A stretch of 50,305 nucleotides of DNA, filler included, from Jimgerdemannia flammicorona (Eukaryota), in assembly GCA_003990765.1 (NCBI GenBank). It is 2 parts of 2 records of this genome, joined end to end, with 100 filler letters (N's around TTAATTAATTAA, not from the genome) between each part and the next. Parts side by side here need not be neighbours in the genome. Positions count along the whole stretch, not along the records: positions 1 to 25,103 come from RBNJ01000882.1; positions 25,204 to 50,305 come from RBNJ01000883.1. One strand, written 5' to 3'. The notes beneath the pieces are model-generated. The model was not told where the DNA came from and searched no databases. It worked only from the letters and a program-made list of their open reading frames with translations. The first letter of the stretch is position 1. Each line of letters starts with the position of its first letter. Both the position numbers and the translations under genes were made by a program. Below, piece after piece: positions 23,730-37,220 of the stretch.

Positions 23730-24660
23730 GAAACCCCCTTTTTAATATTCATTTTCCATGCATTATTTGATTCCCCAACAACCCTTCCATTCTTTCTTCC
23801 GGCCAGTGCTGAGACCTAACGATCAAAACTTTCAAAAAAAAATTAAATATTTGGCCGCATGATGCACTGACGCCTTGTACATTTTGCCTGGACTGTACAA
23901 TCAGTGTAAATAAATCTCAATTGCATATACTTTGATCGTCAAAGCATAGGAGGTGTAAATGGGCGCGAGAAAGAGATGGTCGGATGGTAGGAATAGCTTT
24001 AGGCGCGTATGTAGCAGAGCAAGAGGGCATGACCGAATCCGACTTTAGTTTCTCTATACACCCCTGCCCGCAACCATAACCAATCCCCACCCGAGAATCC
24101 TCTCTCGGTGACATTCTCATTCCACTAAACGCTCCCCGACAGCTATTTGCGCGCCGCATCTCCACCTAACTTCCCTTTAAACGGTGACCACGCGACCCCA
24201 CATTTCATTACAGGCTAAAATGTTGTTATATTTGTCGCGTTATTTCGTTATTTCTGCACGCCTTATTGGCGATTGTCAATAGGGAGCCGTTGTATACAGG
24301 ATTAAGCGCTCGTGGCGATTGAACAGTTGCTGAGAACAGGGGGTGATAAAGGATAGATATCATGGTATAAGCACTTCAATCTAAATACGAATTTATGTAG
24401 GCTCGACAAGCAAAGCTGTGAGGTAAAAAAGTCTGCACTGATATTTTGAAAAATTTTACAGTTAAAGGATGAAAAAAAGAAATCACATTTCATCCTTTTA
24501 TGAGATATATTAGCAGAGCAAAAAAAAAAAAAAAAAAAAAACACCATCGCGAAAAAACGTCAACATCCCGCCCCAAAATACTTACACCCCTCCTCCCATT
24601 AAGCAACGCGTGATATCCGATCAACCCAATGTACATTTTCCAAATCACGCATTCCAACCC

Positions 24661-25005
24661 TCACACCGATAGCGACGTATTCAGCTGATCCAGCAACGCC
24701 GGATCGACCTTGGCCAGGTGCTGCTGCCGGAAGGCGTCCGGGCCACCACATAGCACCTCGACCTCCCTCAGCTTGGTGCGGATGTAAATGAGTAGGTTGG
24801 CCGTGTGAATCGGGTCGCGTTGCAGGAGCTGCGGTTGGTAGACATGCGGCGGTAAGACGCTCGATCGGACAGAGATTATGAGGTAACGGGACAAACCAAT
24901 TGTAGGAAGATACCCACCTCTCGTTTCCGCTTGCTTTCGGGCGTCCCCTCCATCTCGTTCATGTCGTCCTCACCAGCGGGCGCCTCTTCCCAATACACAA
25001 GAGCA
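24661..25005 (-). CDS. KAP120: Importin-11/Kap120 C-terminal two exons (gene truncated by assembly gap)
   Basis: ALVYWEE...GTPESKRKRE|LLQRDPIHTANLLIYIRTKL...VDPALLDQL* resembles the IPO11 C-terminus; GT-AG intron 24829-24917. Confidence 0.75.
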
Positions 25006-25103
25006 CTACATTGCATCAGAAAAAAGAAGTAACCCCCCCCCTCGGATCAGCATCACCCCTTCAACCTCGCCCGAATCGCCAACCAAACCCTAATTCTAAA
25101 AAA

Positions 25104-25203
25104 NNNNNNNNNNNNNNNNNNNNNNNNNNNNNNNNNNNNNNNNNNNNTTAATTAATTAANNNNNNNNNNNNNNNNNNNNNNNNNNNNNNNNNNNNNNNNN
25201 NNN
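25104..25203. other. Artificial contig-joining spacer
   Basis: 44 N + TTAATTAATTAA (stops in all six frames) + 44 N = 100 nt. Confidence 0.97.
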
Positions 25204-25302
25204 TTTTTTTTATAGTCTCTTGGACTCCGTCTTTATTACCAGTCTATGAATAAGTATACAATATAACCACCCACTAACCAATCCCCATCGGGGGGCCCCA
25301 CC
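25204..25302 (-). mobile_element. 5'-truncated LINE 3' end (poly(A) plus about 90 bp) inserted in the Gypsy-1 5' LTR
   Basis: T-run + TATAGTCTCTTGGACTCCGTCTTTATTACCAGTCTATG, nearly identical to the LINE tail at 27703 onward. Confidence 0.85.
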
Positions 25303-25925
25303 CCATAAAATATGCAACCTATGTGACAATGATGAGATAGATGAAAAATTTGCAGATCTCATCTCCTTTGAAGACATCCTGACCTCTGATGAGGATGAAG
25401 CCTCTATGGTCTTGAACATTCTCTCTAAGTCCCTTTGTTATACTGAATTATACCAGCACTCTTTTCCTATATAACAGCTGTTCCTCAACTAACATTCTGA
25501 TGTAACTCAGAATTATTCCAGTACCATTTTCCTGTATTACCAAAATTATACCAGTATCCTGAACCTATATAACCATCAGTACTGATACTGGAACTTAGCA
25601 GTTTTCCATATCCTGACATTTTATTTTAGTTATTGGAATTTATATTTAGCTTTATATCTTAGCAACCATTGATTTATATTTTATATAAATATCCCTCTTA
25701 TTTCCTCTGAAATAAAGTCAGTCTACTCAAGTTCACTTATATATACTTCCTTACAAGCAATCTAAGAGATAACAAGACAGTTTAAAGATAAGAAGTTTGA
25801 GGACTATAAGACCTTAAGAAGACACTCCAATAAGAACTTACTTATAACAAACTTGAGTTAGTCTAAGAGATATACCTTGAAGAGAATCTGATATATTTGA
25901 AGGACTCAGTGACTACTATATGACA
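25303..25925 (+). repeat. Gypsy-1 5' LTR (left end cut off by LINE and gap); PBS-like TGGTACCC follows
   Basis: Colinear with 38453-39076; ends ...TATGACA. Confidence 0.9.
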
Positions 25926-27684
25926 ACTTGGTACCCATTGGCTGATGATTCAAGATGAATCTCTCACTTTCAAGCTAAAAAACAAATAACCACCACAACA
26001 ACTACCCTGACTACAAGAGTCACCCTATAAGAATTCAAGATAAGATGGAAATATATCCCTTCACATTCTATGGATATACTACCAAAGAGTCAATACTGAC
26101 CTTCATTGAAGACTTTGAACAATTCGCTACCATATGAGTCCTTGATGTGAATGCACAATTGGCTCTTCTACCTGTCAGCCTCAGAGGACCTGTCAGAGAC
26201 AAGTTCAATGCAGCCACTATTGCTGATAATAGTGCAGCCAAACTTGCCAACATAAAGGCCTTCCTCAGAATAATATACTATACTGAAGAGATCAAGCAAG
26301 CTCTCAAGGATCAACTCAATACTATCTACCAGGGACTCAGTGAAGATCCCAACTCATTCTATATCTGAATCTGCCACCAGATTATCTTGGCTGGCTATGA
26401 TGATGCCCTCAACGAACAAATAGTAGATTCAATCTTCCTCAAAGGAGTTCACCCTGAAATTGCCCTAGCAATCTGGTCTACTTCAGCTGCACTGACCCTT
26501 GATCAGAAAGTGTTCTTTGCACAGAGATATTAGACTGCCAGATATCCTACCAAACACTCAATGAGGAAAATAACTGGCATCAAGATAGAGTCATCAAAGC
26601 CAACCAGTATCATACCCACCATAGTTATAAACAAACAACTATCTCTACCTACCCCCAAGACAGCCAAAGCTGACCCAGTGGAGGAACTCACCAAGTAGTT
26701 CACCAAGATGACTACACACCTTGGTGATATTGTTAGAGAAGTCCGAAGAGCCAATAGGAGACCAGTACAGAGATTTGCAGCTGCTACAGAAGAATACAAT
26801 ATCACATGCTTTAGGTGTTGAGAAGAAGGCCACTAAGTAAAGAGCTGCATGACTGAAACAAGATGCAAAGCCCAACCAAGCAATGCTAGCAGAACCAGAG
26901 AACAAACCAATACAGTAATCATCAAGGAGATTGGTGACACTGATGATGAAGAATACTATGAAGAGCTCGAATTCTACCCTGCTACTGAAGGTACCAGAAC
27001 CAAGTCCAAGTCCTATGACAAGAAGAGCAACAGCAAGCCAGTTGGAAGACCAAAGAAGACCCCAGCTGTCATTATTCAAAGCAAGACCCAACTCAAGGAG
27101 ATTGATCAAGATATGGAGTTAGATGAAGCTATCTGCCAAATCATTGAAGACACTACTCCAGTCTCAGGAGAAAGCAAAAGCAAGAAGGAACAGAAGCTAC
27201 ATAAGACCAAGATCCATCAGTATGATATTTACAAGATCCTTAAAGAACAGAAGGTCAATGCTACTTTTGGATAGCTAGCCAAAGTCCCTGCCTTCAGACA
27301 GCAGTTGAGAGTAGGACTTGCAACTACTGCTAAGAATCAAGAGTACAAGATTGTAGAAGCTTACAATGTATAGGAAGAATCTGAAAACTCAGGCAAAGAA
27401 TCCAAAGACCAATACAAGACATCAGCCTATACCCATGTCAGATCAAAGATTATATCTTTGATACCATCATTGATACTGGTGCTAGAGAATGCCTCATGAG
27501 TAAGAAGGCAATTGACCACCTAGACTGGGACATTGAAGAGTCCACCAAGATGGTCTATATTACAGCAGATAGTACATGAGCTACCCCTCTTGACAAAATC
27601 TGAGAAGTTCCCATCAAGATAGGAGGAGCAACCATTCCAGTAGATGTGATTGTTACAAGCACCACTAACTATAACATCCTCATT

Positions 27685-30600
27685 TTTTTTTTTTTTTTTT
27701 TTTATAGTCCCTTGGACTCCATCTTTATTACCAGTCTATGAATAATTATACAATATCACCACCCACTATCCGATCCCCATTGAGGGGCCCCTCCCAACCT
27801 CTTCACATATAAAGATCACCCTCTCACCAACAACTCCAACTCTCCCACCACTCTGACCACAGATTTTCACCACCAAGTGGAGCCTCCGACCCCCCTGCAG
27901 CCCCCAACCCAGTCACCAACCTGTCAAGGTATCCTCCATAAGGCACTGCCACCGTGATAACCTGCTCCCCAAGCTCTGTCACCTCTCCTCCTCAAATACA
28001 AACAGCCAGTGACCAGCCAGCCCAACCCAAATAGCCAATGCCCATTCTAAAGTAATCCACTCCTCCCCTACCCCTCCTACCAATCAATCCCTCAGGTCCT
28101 CCCACCTCCCTCATACATTATCTCCCCTATGCCTCACCCCCAAGTAGTCCCCAATGGCCAGCCAAAAGTCTCCCAACACCTCACACTCCCCTAGCCAATG
28201 TTCCGACATCTGTACAAATCCCCCTTCCTACTCTACATTATGGCACTCCTCACAGTCAAAACAGCCCCCTATGACAAGGTAACCAGAGCAGAAGTTAAGC
28301 ATTACATTCCTCCTCAGCATGTGCCACCAAACCACCCAGTACTTCAGCAGCATCCAAATTTTCACTGCAGCACTCCAGGTCCAAACTCCATGCCAGTCCC
28401 ACTCCTCACCAATTCCAACTCCTTGCCAACCACTAGGCCACAGATCCTGGCCTGGTCCCCTTTGGCACTTGATTCCATCACCAATATTGAACTCAAGTAA
28501 AGGCATGCCTCCCAGAAGAATGCCATCCCATCTCCACATCACTGGGCCCCAAGTCCTCTCCTCTTCATTCCCTTGCCAGTGAATACCAATGCAGTGTGCC
28601 CCCTCAGCGATCCCCCACTAGATGCCTTTGTATCTCAGTTGGGCAGTGTTCCAAAGCCCAACTAATGCAAGAAGATCACCAGTTGAGCCTCTTGGTGATG
28701 ACCACCTCTCCCAGACCTTCTGCAGCAGGAGAACCCAGCCCCCTCCCCGCAACTCCACTGCCCTCTTAAGCCACCATGCTCTCAAGCAGTGTAGTTGTTT
28801 GGGGAAGTCCACCAGCCCCAGACCACCTCTCATCACCAGTAGGGACAAAGTTTCCCAATCAATTTGGCTCCGTCTGCCAGCCCAAATCCATCCTTTGGCC
28901 ACCTTCACCAATCTCCTCACCACCCAGGCTGGGAAGTCCAGATGATAAGCCAAATACCACAGCTTTGGCAGCCAGTATACATTCAAAATTGAGATCCTTC
29001 CTGCCAGAGAGAAGTGTCTTCCCCCCCAACTCTGCAGGTCCTCCTCCCAAACTCCAATCCTCTGCTCCCACCACAACTTGGGCAGAACAGACCCATAAAC
29101 TGACAAATAGATACCCAAGTACCACACTGCCTCTCTGGTGGGGACAATTGTTCCAATAACCTCCCCGCCCACTAGGCCATTGCCCAGCACCATTGTTTCA
29201 CACTTGTGCCAATTCAGCTTCGCCCCAGAGTTCTCCTCATACCACTCCACTGTCTTCTTGAGCTCCTCGACATCAGCAGTCACTCCCAAACCAACCACCA
29301 TGTTATCTACAAAGGCTCCAACTTTCCAGCCAACTCCATAGATAGAGAGCCCCACTATCCTCCGCCGAATTCTATCTATCAGAGGTTCCAAAGAAAGAGC
29401 ATACAAAATGGGGGACAGTGGGTCCCCCTGGGGCACTCCCCTACCCAGAGGGAATGCTACCCCTCTATGCCCATTACACACAAGCACAGCCCTACTCCTT
29501 TCCAGTAGGCTGACCATCACTGACCGAAATGGGACTGGAACCCCAATTCTATCTAATACTTTCACCAGCCAGACTCGCTGCACCTGGTCATAAGCCTTCT
29601 CTTGGTCCAAGAAGACAAGACACCCATCCAGTCCACAAGCTCAAGCACTTTCAATAATGCCATGAACCCAGGCTGTGCCATCTCTAATAAGCTGACCCCC
29701 TATGAAGCCCCTCTGCTCAGCACCTACAATTTGCTGGGCTACCTTCTGTAGCCTTGCGACCACCACCTTAGTCACTAACTTTCTGTCCATATCTAGCAAC
29801 ATGATCAGCTGCCAATTCTTCCAATCCTCTCACCTTCCTTTGTTCTTATAAAGCAGCGTCACCAGCCCAAGATCCTGCTCCCCCACCCATCTCCCTGACT
29901 GCAATATAGAGTTACACAGTGCTGTCAACTCCCCCAATATGCCCGGGACTCCAACCATTTGCTTCCAGAAGTCCCAGAGTAGGCCATCCTCCCCAGGCAC
30001 TATATCCAAGGTTATCGCGGCAAGAACCTGGTGAATCTCATCCTCCTTAACCGGCAACAACAGGTCACCTACTCCCTCAGCTTGCGGTGGGTGCCAATCT
30101 TCCAATGTTTGGTCAATGGCCATAACATCTGCCCCACCCTCCTCCTCACTCCACAATCCACTCCATCGTGCCTTCAGCATTCCAAGGATATCCTGTACAC
30201 CATGCACTAATATACCATCCAAGTCAAACACCCCTTTCCACTGCTGCTGAACCCTTCTCACTCGAAGTGTCCTCGTGAGAAACTTGGAAGGCCTCTCCCC
30301 TTCCTCCAGCCCCTACCAATGCAGTTGTACCACCAAGCCTTGCATCCTTAACTCTTCCTCTTCCTGCAGCACTTGTTGTAGTTCCCCAACCTCCATCTTC
30401 ACCCTCTTAGTTCTCCAATCCTCTACTCCCTCCACTACTGCCAGTTGCACCCACTCCTCCAGGAGCCTAGCCAATCTAGTAGAAGCCCAATGTACTCTCT
30501 GCCTTTGCTGCCTCCCAGCCACCCTGCCAGCCTCGCTCCAGAATAACCTGGCCATCTCTTTCATCCTCATCCACCGAACCCCAATTGCAGCCCCTTCCTG

Positions 30601-33582
30601 CTACCAATTCTCCACCTTCAGCTGAATGTCTTTTGCCCACTCCTCCCACTGAGACTCATCATCCAACAAGGAGGAATTTAGGTGCCAATATCCAGGCCCA
30701 TCACCACTTCCCCCAAAACACCCCTGTCCCAGAAGGCCCCAGTGATCTGACCACGGACACCATTCCACCTCTAGCACCTTCCAAACATCGTGGCCCCAAC
30801 AGTCGGCCATCAGAATCCAGTCAATCCTTGTCCCCAGCCCACCAGCCCAATGCATATATACCTTCGTGTCCCCTCAGTACTCCCTACCAGTATCCACCAG
30901 CACTCCTAGCCTTTCAACCTCCTCCCATATTGCCAGCCCCCCACTCCTGCTCTCAGCACCCTGTCCTCCATCAGTTCTATCCAGCTGTATGTCCTGAACC
31001 ATATTGGAGTCTCCTCCAAGCATATCCAACCCAGCTTCAGTAAGGATTCCACTCTCCAGGAGCTCTTTTACCCAATCCACATGCTCCCCCCACACAGCAG
31101 AGCAGTAGCAGGAGCCAACTGTGACTGGCTTCCAACTGGCATGAATCCACTCACCCCAGACCAGTCTCTCCCCCCAGCTCCTCACATCCCTTATCTCCCC
31201 TCTGTCTTTCCTAACCAGAATCCCGACCTTGCTGTTCCAAATTGCTATGCCACCCCATTCCTTAGTCCATTCCATCCTATCAGAATCATCCTCACACCTG
31301 ACATCTTGCAAGAGGAAGAGATCGGCCTCCAATCTCTTCAACCAAATAAAAATGTTCCTGCATCTAACTGCTCCCCTTAGCCTATTAACGTTCAGAGAAA
31401 AAATGTTGGTTGTACTGTTCATAATAAAATACTGTTTGTTCTCAATCAATCCCTACTGCTCCATGCCCACCTCCTCCTGTGCCATATCCAGATTATGTTC
31501 TGCCATCGCCTCCTCCTCTTCAGCCCTCTGAGCCTCCAATCCAGCCAACAGTTCATTCATCTCCTCATCAGCCTTCTCCTCAAACTCCTCTCTATACTCG
31601 ATGCAAGCCTCCTGCCAAAGCTGCAATCCATGACGCCTGTTCCAACAGTACTCAGCCTTCTCCCCAGCAACAACTGCCAACTCTGCCTCCCTCTTCTTGT
31701 CCACCTCATACCCTTCCTCCTCCAGATACACTGCGAGAATCTCTGCCTTCAGCACCATCGCCACTCCTTCCCCCTGCAAAATTTGCATCCAGTGCTTGTC
31801 ACCCATCCCATGCAAGTCCACCTCCCCCAGTTCTTCTGCCACCAGGTTATTCATCATCTGGAACATCCAAAGTAGGTTCCCCACCTCCTTCCCACCAGGG
31901 GTCGCTGGCCTCCCTCCATCCAACATCGTGGTGTCAGCTCCGGCACTCATGTCCTCATCCCACACCTCTGGGACATCCACCAGTTCCTCCTCCCCTGCCG
32001 CCACTACTTGGTCTCCATTCATTACTGCCAGAATGCTGAATTTCACCTGCTGGGTCCCCAGCATCATCACATCCTCCCCAGACTTGTTCCTGGAAGCCGG
32101 GCCATGTCTGATAAGAGGGGAAGGGGTGGGGGAGTCCTCCCAGACTTCATCCCAAACCTCCAAGGTGCCATCAGCATATGGGTTGCTAATCTTCACCTCT
32201 TTCACCTTCCCTGTCTTTGCCCCATCGTTTCCACTCCTCTCACCAGCCCAGACACTTGCTCCAGCCCCTTCGGCACCAGGCTTCATGCTCTCATCCTTCT
32301 GTAGTCCACCCCCCAGTTCAGCCAGCAGATTCTTCTGCCTCTTCCGCCCCTGAGCCCTTTCCCACTGCACCTTGTCCACTCAAATCCTCTTTCCATCCAC
32401 CACCTCCAGGTGTGTCAACTCCTCAAAAGTCCTCCAGGCCTTAGCTCGCCACTCCACAGCCCCATCCAGTTCCTCCAGCACTTCCAATAAATCTTCCTCC
32501 TCTTCTTCACTTCCTTTCACCTGTGTCACCTTGCACAGGAACACTCCCCACACCATCACTGAAGGCCAGTCCCTTGCCTTCCCAGTAGCCTCTTTCCCAG
32601 CCAGCTGAATCCTCACACCCACATCTCCAGTCCTGAGTGTGGTCCCTTCCCAGACCCTGAATCCGATATCCACCACCTCACCATACTCCACCATGACATC
32701 CTCCACTCTCTTCCTTATCTCCATCACTGTCACTGTGGGTACACCTTTTACCAGCAGTTGGACCACCCTCCGATCCTATTTCAAACACCTTGCCATCAGA
32801 ATACACACCTCCCCAACTACCAACCCAACCTTCAGTACCTCCTCCAGTGGCTCAACCTCCTCAAAACCCACCTCCACCCCCTCCAGTCCTTTCAGGAACT
32901 TCACTGAAGCCGCTCTGGCCACCTGCTTAGCGATAAGCCCCAATACCATTTTCGCCATCACTGCTAAGCCCCGGAAGCACAGTGTGACCGCAAATGCCGA
33001 GATGGACTTCTTGAGTAACGGAGCCACCACCAGTCCCATTACACCATCTGCCAGATCCCCGGGCCTCATGCCCTTCCCACTGCTCGGCTCACCATCAGCA
33101 GTCCCATCTAGATTTTTTTCCAGATTGCCTGTCACACCCCCATCAGCAGTCCCTGCCCCAGCCGCTACCCCCCCAGCTCCACCCCTATGGCCCTCCAGAA
33201 AGGTACCCCCAAGAGGTTGCTGCCCAGTAGTCTTCACCGGTACCTTCCCCCCTCTCAGCCAACTCTCCAGTCCAGCTCCCTGCTGACCCCCCTTCACCTT
33301 CTCTGCAAAGCTCACCCTGCCAGACCCTTGACCTCCAGCTCCACCCCTTCCTCCACCATGGCCTCCCACCAGCAGGCCCCTCATGCTTCCCCCAAACCAG
33401 GGCCTCTCCACACTTGCTGCCATTCAAATGCTCCAGGGCCACCCTGCCCAGTATGCCCCTCTGGATGCTCATTGGTCACCATGATACTAGTAGCTTTTCT
33501 CCAGAAACTATGTCGAAAGTGTTGCCAAAGGTTTGTGTAACCTGAATGTTACCAGAGAAAGATGTTGAGTATCAGTAGTATG
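27685..33582 (-). mobile_element. Full-length L1/Tx1-like LINE (about 5.9 kb) inserted in Gypsy-1 protease
   Basis: Poly(A) tail; TSD ACTATAACATCCTCATT at 27668-27684 and 33583-33599; ORF1 about 33482-31453; ORF2 with APE (SLNVNRLRG, LLQD, GGDSN, SDH), RT (DQEKAYD, GVPQGDPLSP, FVDN) and C-terminal CxxC..HxxxxC; removing it restores protease TTNYNILISN*WL. Confidence 0.95.
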
Positions 33583-34049
33583 ACTATAACATCCTCATTA
33601 GCAACTAATGGCTTCACAAGGCTAAGGCCATCATTGACCTCAATGCCCAGAAGATGCAGATCAACTATAGAGGAAGAAAGGTATGTATGAGTCTCTATCA
33701 ATGTCCACAAAGAAGTTCTACTAGACATGGAGGAAGGAGATGAGGAGGACACAGAAGTCTTCATGTACTCAGTGAATAAAAACAAGAACAAGACACCCAA
33801 GCTCACAAACAAGCAGTGGTACAACAAGATCATTGATGGCTATGCTCCTCAAGGAAAATGCCCCCATGGTACTAGGATGTACTGCTCTAAATACCTGAAT
33901 GACTGCTGGTCCTATATAAGTGAAGTCAGGAAAATCTGCCAACAGAAGCATGTGCAAGAAGCTGCTGAAGCAAAAAGGAAAGCCAAAGAAGATGACCAGC
34001 CCCCAGAACTTCAAGCTGACAGTGATGATGAACAAGAATAAGAACCAGA

Positions 34050-34470
34050 CATCACCCTCAAGGTCAAGAAGTTCCACCCTGAAGTCAAGATCCCAGAATA
34101 CAAGACTGAAGAAGCCATAGGAATGGACCTTACCAACATTCAAGATGCTACCCTCAAACCACAGATCACTACCCTACTTGGCACCGGAATTGGAGTCAAG
34201 TTGCCAGAGAACCATGCCAGAATTATCAAGACTAGGAGCAGTCTGGCCAAAAGTGAAATCTCAGTTGAAGGAGGAGTAATTGACCCTGATTATACTGGTG
34301 AGATCTTCCTCATAGTCAGGAATCACAACCCCACTACTCCATTTGAAGTCAAGAAGCATAACAGGATTGGCCAGATGCTGATCTATGAAATCAAGAAGCT
34401 GAACATCACTGAAGCCATTGAACTTATCAAGACCAAGAGAGGAGAACAAGACTTTGGATCTACTGAAAGA
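34050..34470 (+). pseudogene. dUTPase domain within Gypsy-1 pol
   Basis: GMDL, GTGIGVKLP, KTRSSLAK, EGGVIDPDYTGEI, RIGQML, KRGEQDFGST: all five trimeric dUTPase motifs. Confidence 0.92.
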
Positions 34471-37220
34471 AGAGCCTATGCTACCACTAAGATCACTGAA
34501 CTTGAGCACAAGAAAGACAGGGACCAGAATAAGCACACATATACTATTGGAGAAAACTTTCCCCTGGAAGAACAACTTCTCAAGATCCTGCACCAGAACT
34601 TGCTACAGACTTCAGGGATATCCACAATCAAGAACCCAAGTACTATCATGAAGTTGACACTGGCAATACCAAGCCCATCTATCAGAAAGTCAGACCTATA
34701 CCACCTGTCTACAGAGAATAGCTGTGAGCAGAACTCAAGAAAATGGAAGAAGCTGGAATCATCAAGCAAGCTATCAGTTTCTGAGCTTCACCCATTGTCC
34801 TTGCCCCAAAGGAAGGAAGCAAGTCTGGAGAGTTTGCATCAAGACTCTGTATTAACTACAGGAAGCTCAATGTAATCATCAAGAAGGATAGGCAGCTCTT
34901 GCCAAATATTCAAGAAATTCTTACCACTCTTGAAAGTAAAGCCAAATACTACACCATCTTAGATCTGTTCTCAGGCTTCCATCAGATTGGTCTCACTCAA
35001 GATACTAGTGAGAAATCAGCCTTCATCATACCTGATGCCACCTATATCTATCTGTGAATACCATTTGGAATATGTAATGCCCCAGTAAGTTTTTAGCAAA
35101 TGATGAACAGAGTCTTCAGCAACAAGATTGAAAAATGGCTCTTTATCTATGTTGAAGATGTGATCATCTTCAGCAACACTGTATAAGAACATGTCAACCA
35201 CATATAGCTAGCCCTCAAGAAGCACAAAGAGTATGGCCTCTATATCAAGTCCAAGAAATATAAGTTTGTAGCTCAGAAAATTACCTATCCAGGACACCTC
35301 ATCAATCAGACTAGAATCCATATAGACCCTATGAAGATCAAGGCTGTTACAGCCTACCCAAGACCCAGAACAATTACAGAAGTCCATGCCTTCCTTGGAC
35401 TGACCTCCTACTATAGAAGATTCATCAAAGGATACTCTAATATTGCAGCACCTATCTATAAGCTACTGAAGAAGAAAACCAAATTTGAATAGACCAAGGA
35501 ATGCTAAGAAACCTTCAATAAACTCAAGACCAGGTTGACCCAAGCATCTATCCTCAGAAGACCAGATTGGAAACTAGAATTCATCTTACAGACAGATGTG
35601 AGTACTATAGGACTTTGGAGCAGTCCTAGCTCAGAAGAAAGATGGACATGAATATGTCATCTTCTATATAAGTTGAGGTACCTGTGGAGTAGAACAGAAC
35701 TATGAGTCATGCAAGCTCGAATACTTAGCAGTAGTTTGGGCAGTAGACAAGTTTCACTACTATCTAGCTGGGAAACACTTCACCATTCAAACATATCATT
35801 CTGCTCTTGCCTAGCTATTCCACACTCTGAACCCCAAAGGAATATATGCCAGATGGATCTACAGACTACAGGAGTATGACTGTACTGTCAAGCACTACTC
35901 AGGAAGAACCAACACCAATGCTGATGCACTCTCAAGGACACCCCAAAACACCCCCATCAAGACTATTCAACATGAATAAGGAGTTATACTATAGATTAAT
36001 CAGCTATCTTAGGCAGTGAAAGATGCCTAACCACCTTAAACCCTGAACAATCACTATCATCAACCAGACTTGGAAACAGTTTGAACTAGACAAAACTATA
36101 CTCAGAAAAAGAGGAAAGCTAGTAATACCCAAACACAAGAAGTATCAAGTAATGAAGGAAGTACATGAGCAAGGACACCTAAGAGGAATAAACACATATA
36201 ACAAGACAAGAAGAACTATATAGTGGCTCAAGCTGGAAGAAGACCTATACCAATTGTCAAAGGGTGTGACAAGTGCCAAAAACAGAAACAAGATCAGTAA
36301 GACTAGGCACCTGGGTCATCAAGAATTGAGCCTATCCCCTTCCACTATATCATAATAGATATCATTGGGTCACTACTAGTAACAATATCAGGAAACTGCT
36401 ATATTAAAGTTATTGTAGACCTCTTTACCAAATGAATAGAAGCAGGAGTATTACAAGAAGAAAATGCCCTCTCTATAGTCAACTTTCAGTACTGAGAAAT
36501 CATCTGCTATTACAAGACACTAAGACAAATTACTACAGACTGCACACAGAATTTGTTAATAGATTCTATGAGATAACATATCAGAAATACAAGATTCAGT
36601 ATATCAAGACCACTGCATACCACTCTCAAGGAAATAGACAGACAGAAAGAACCAATAAGACTCTCAAGAACATCCTGGCAAAAATCTCAGAGACATATGA
36701 GAATTGGGATAACTATCTCCCAACTGCCCTCTCTGTCCTATGAGATATATGATCACAGAGCACACACTTTACCCCAAGTGAACTGCTCTTTAGAGAAGAA
36801 GATTCTAATGGAACCTCAGCCACAAATCTAGACCTAACTTGGAGATAGGTCAATGCTGAAATCTGGAGACTACACCAAATCAGGAAGAAAGCTGAAGATT
36901 ATAACATCAAGTCACAAGCACTGACAAGGAAGAATGTAGAAAGAATCACAAGACCCTAGAATTCATCCAAATCAGAGAAATGGTCCTACTGTATCAAAAT
37001 ATGATAAAAGCCTCATGGTTGCAAAAACTGGAGCCTAAATAGAAAGAACCCTTCTATATGCAAGATATTAAGAGAACTACCTTCTGGCTTAGAAAAATTT
37101 CAGAGATCATACTGCTTATTATAGTACACAGGAACAGACTCAAGAAGTATCATGAACTTATATAAGAGAAGCAAAATGTAATGACCACCCACAAGGTTCT
37201 AGTCTGTGAATCATAACAGC

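Noticed and set aside
24447..24457. Perfect RRPE motif TGAAAAATTTT
   Set aside because: Lies between two convergent 3' ends rather than in a promoter; likely chance or a TE remnant
25148..25159. TTAATTAATTAA palindrome as a biological site
   Set aside because: Centred in symmetric N runs; an assembly linker
31479..33540. Long plus-strand Pro/Ser-rich ORFs
   Set aside because: Antisense shadows of the purine-rich LINE ORF1
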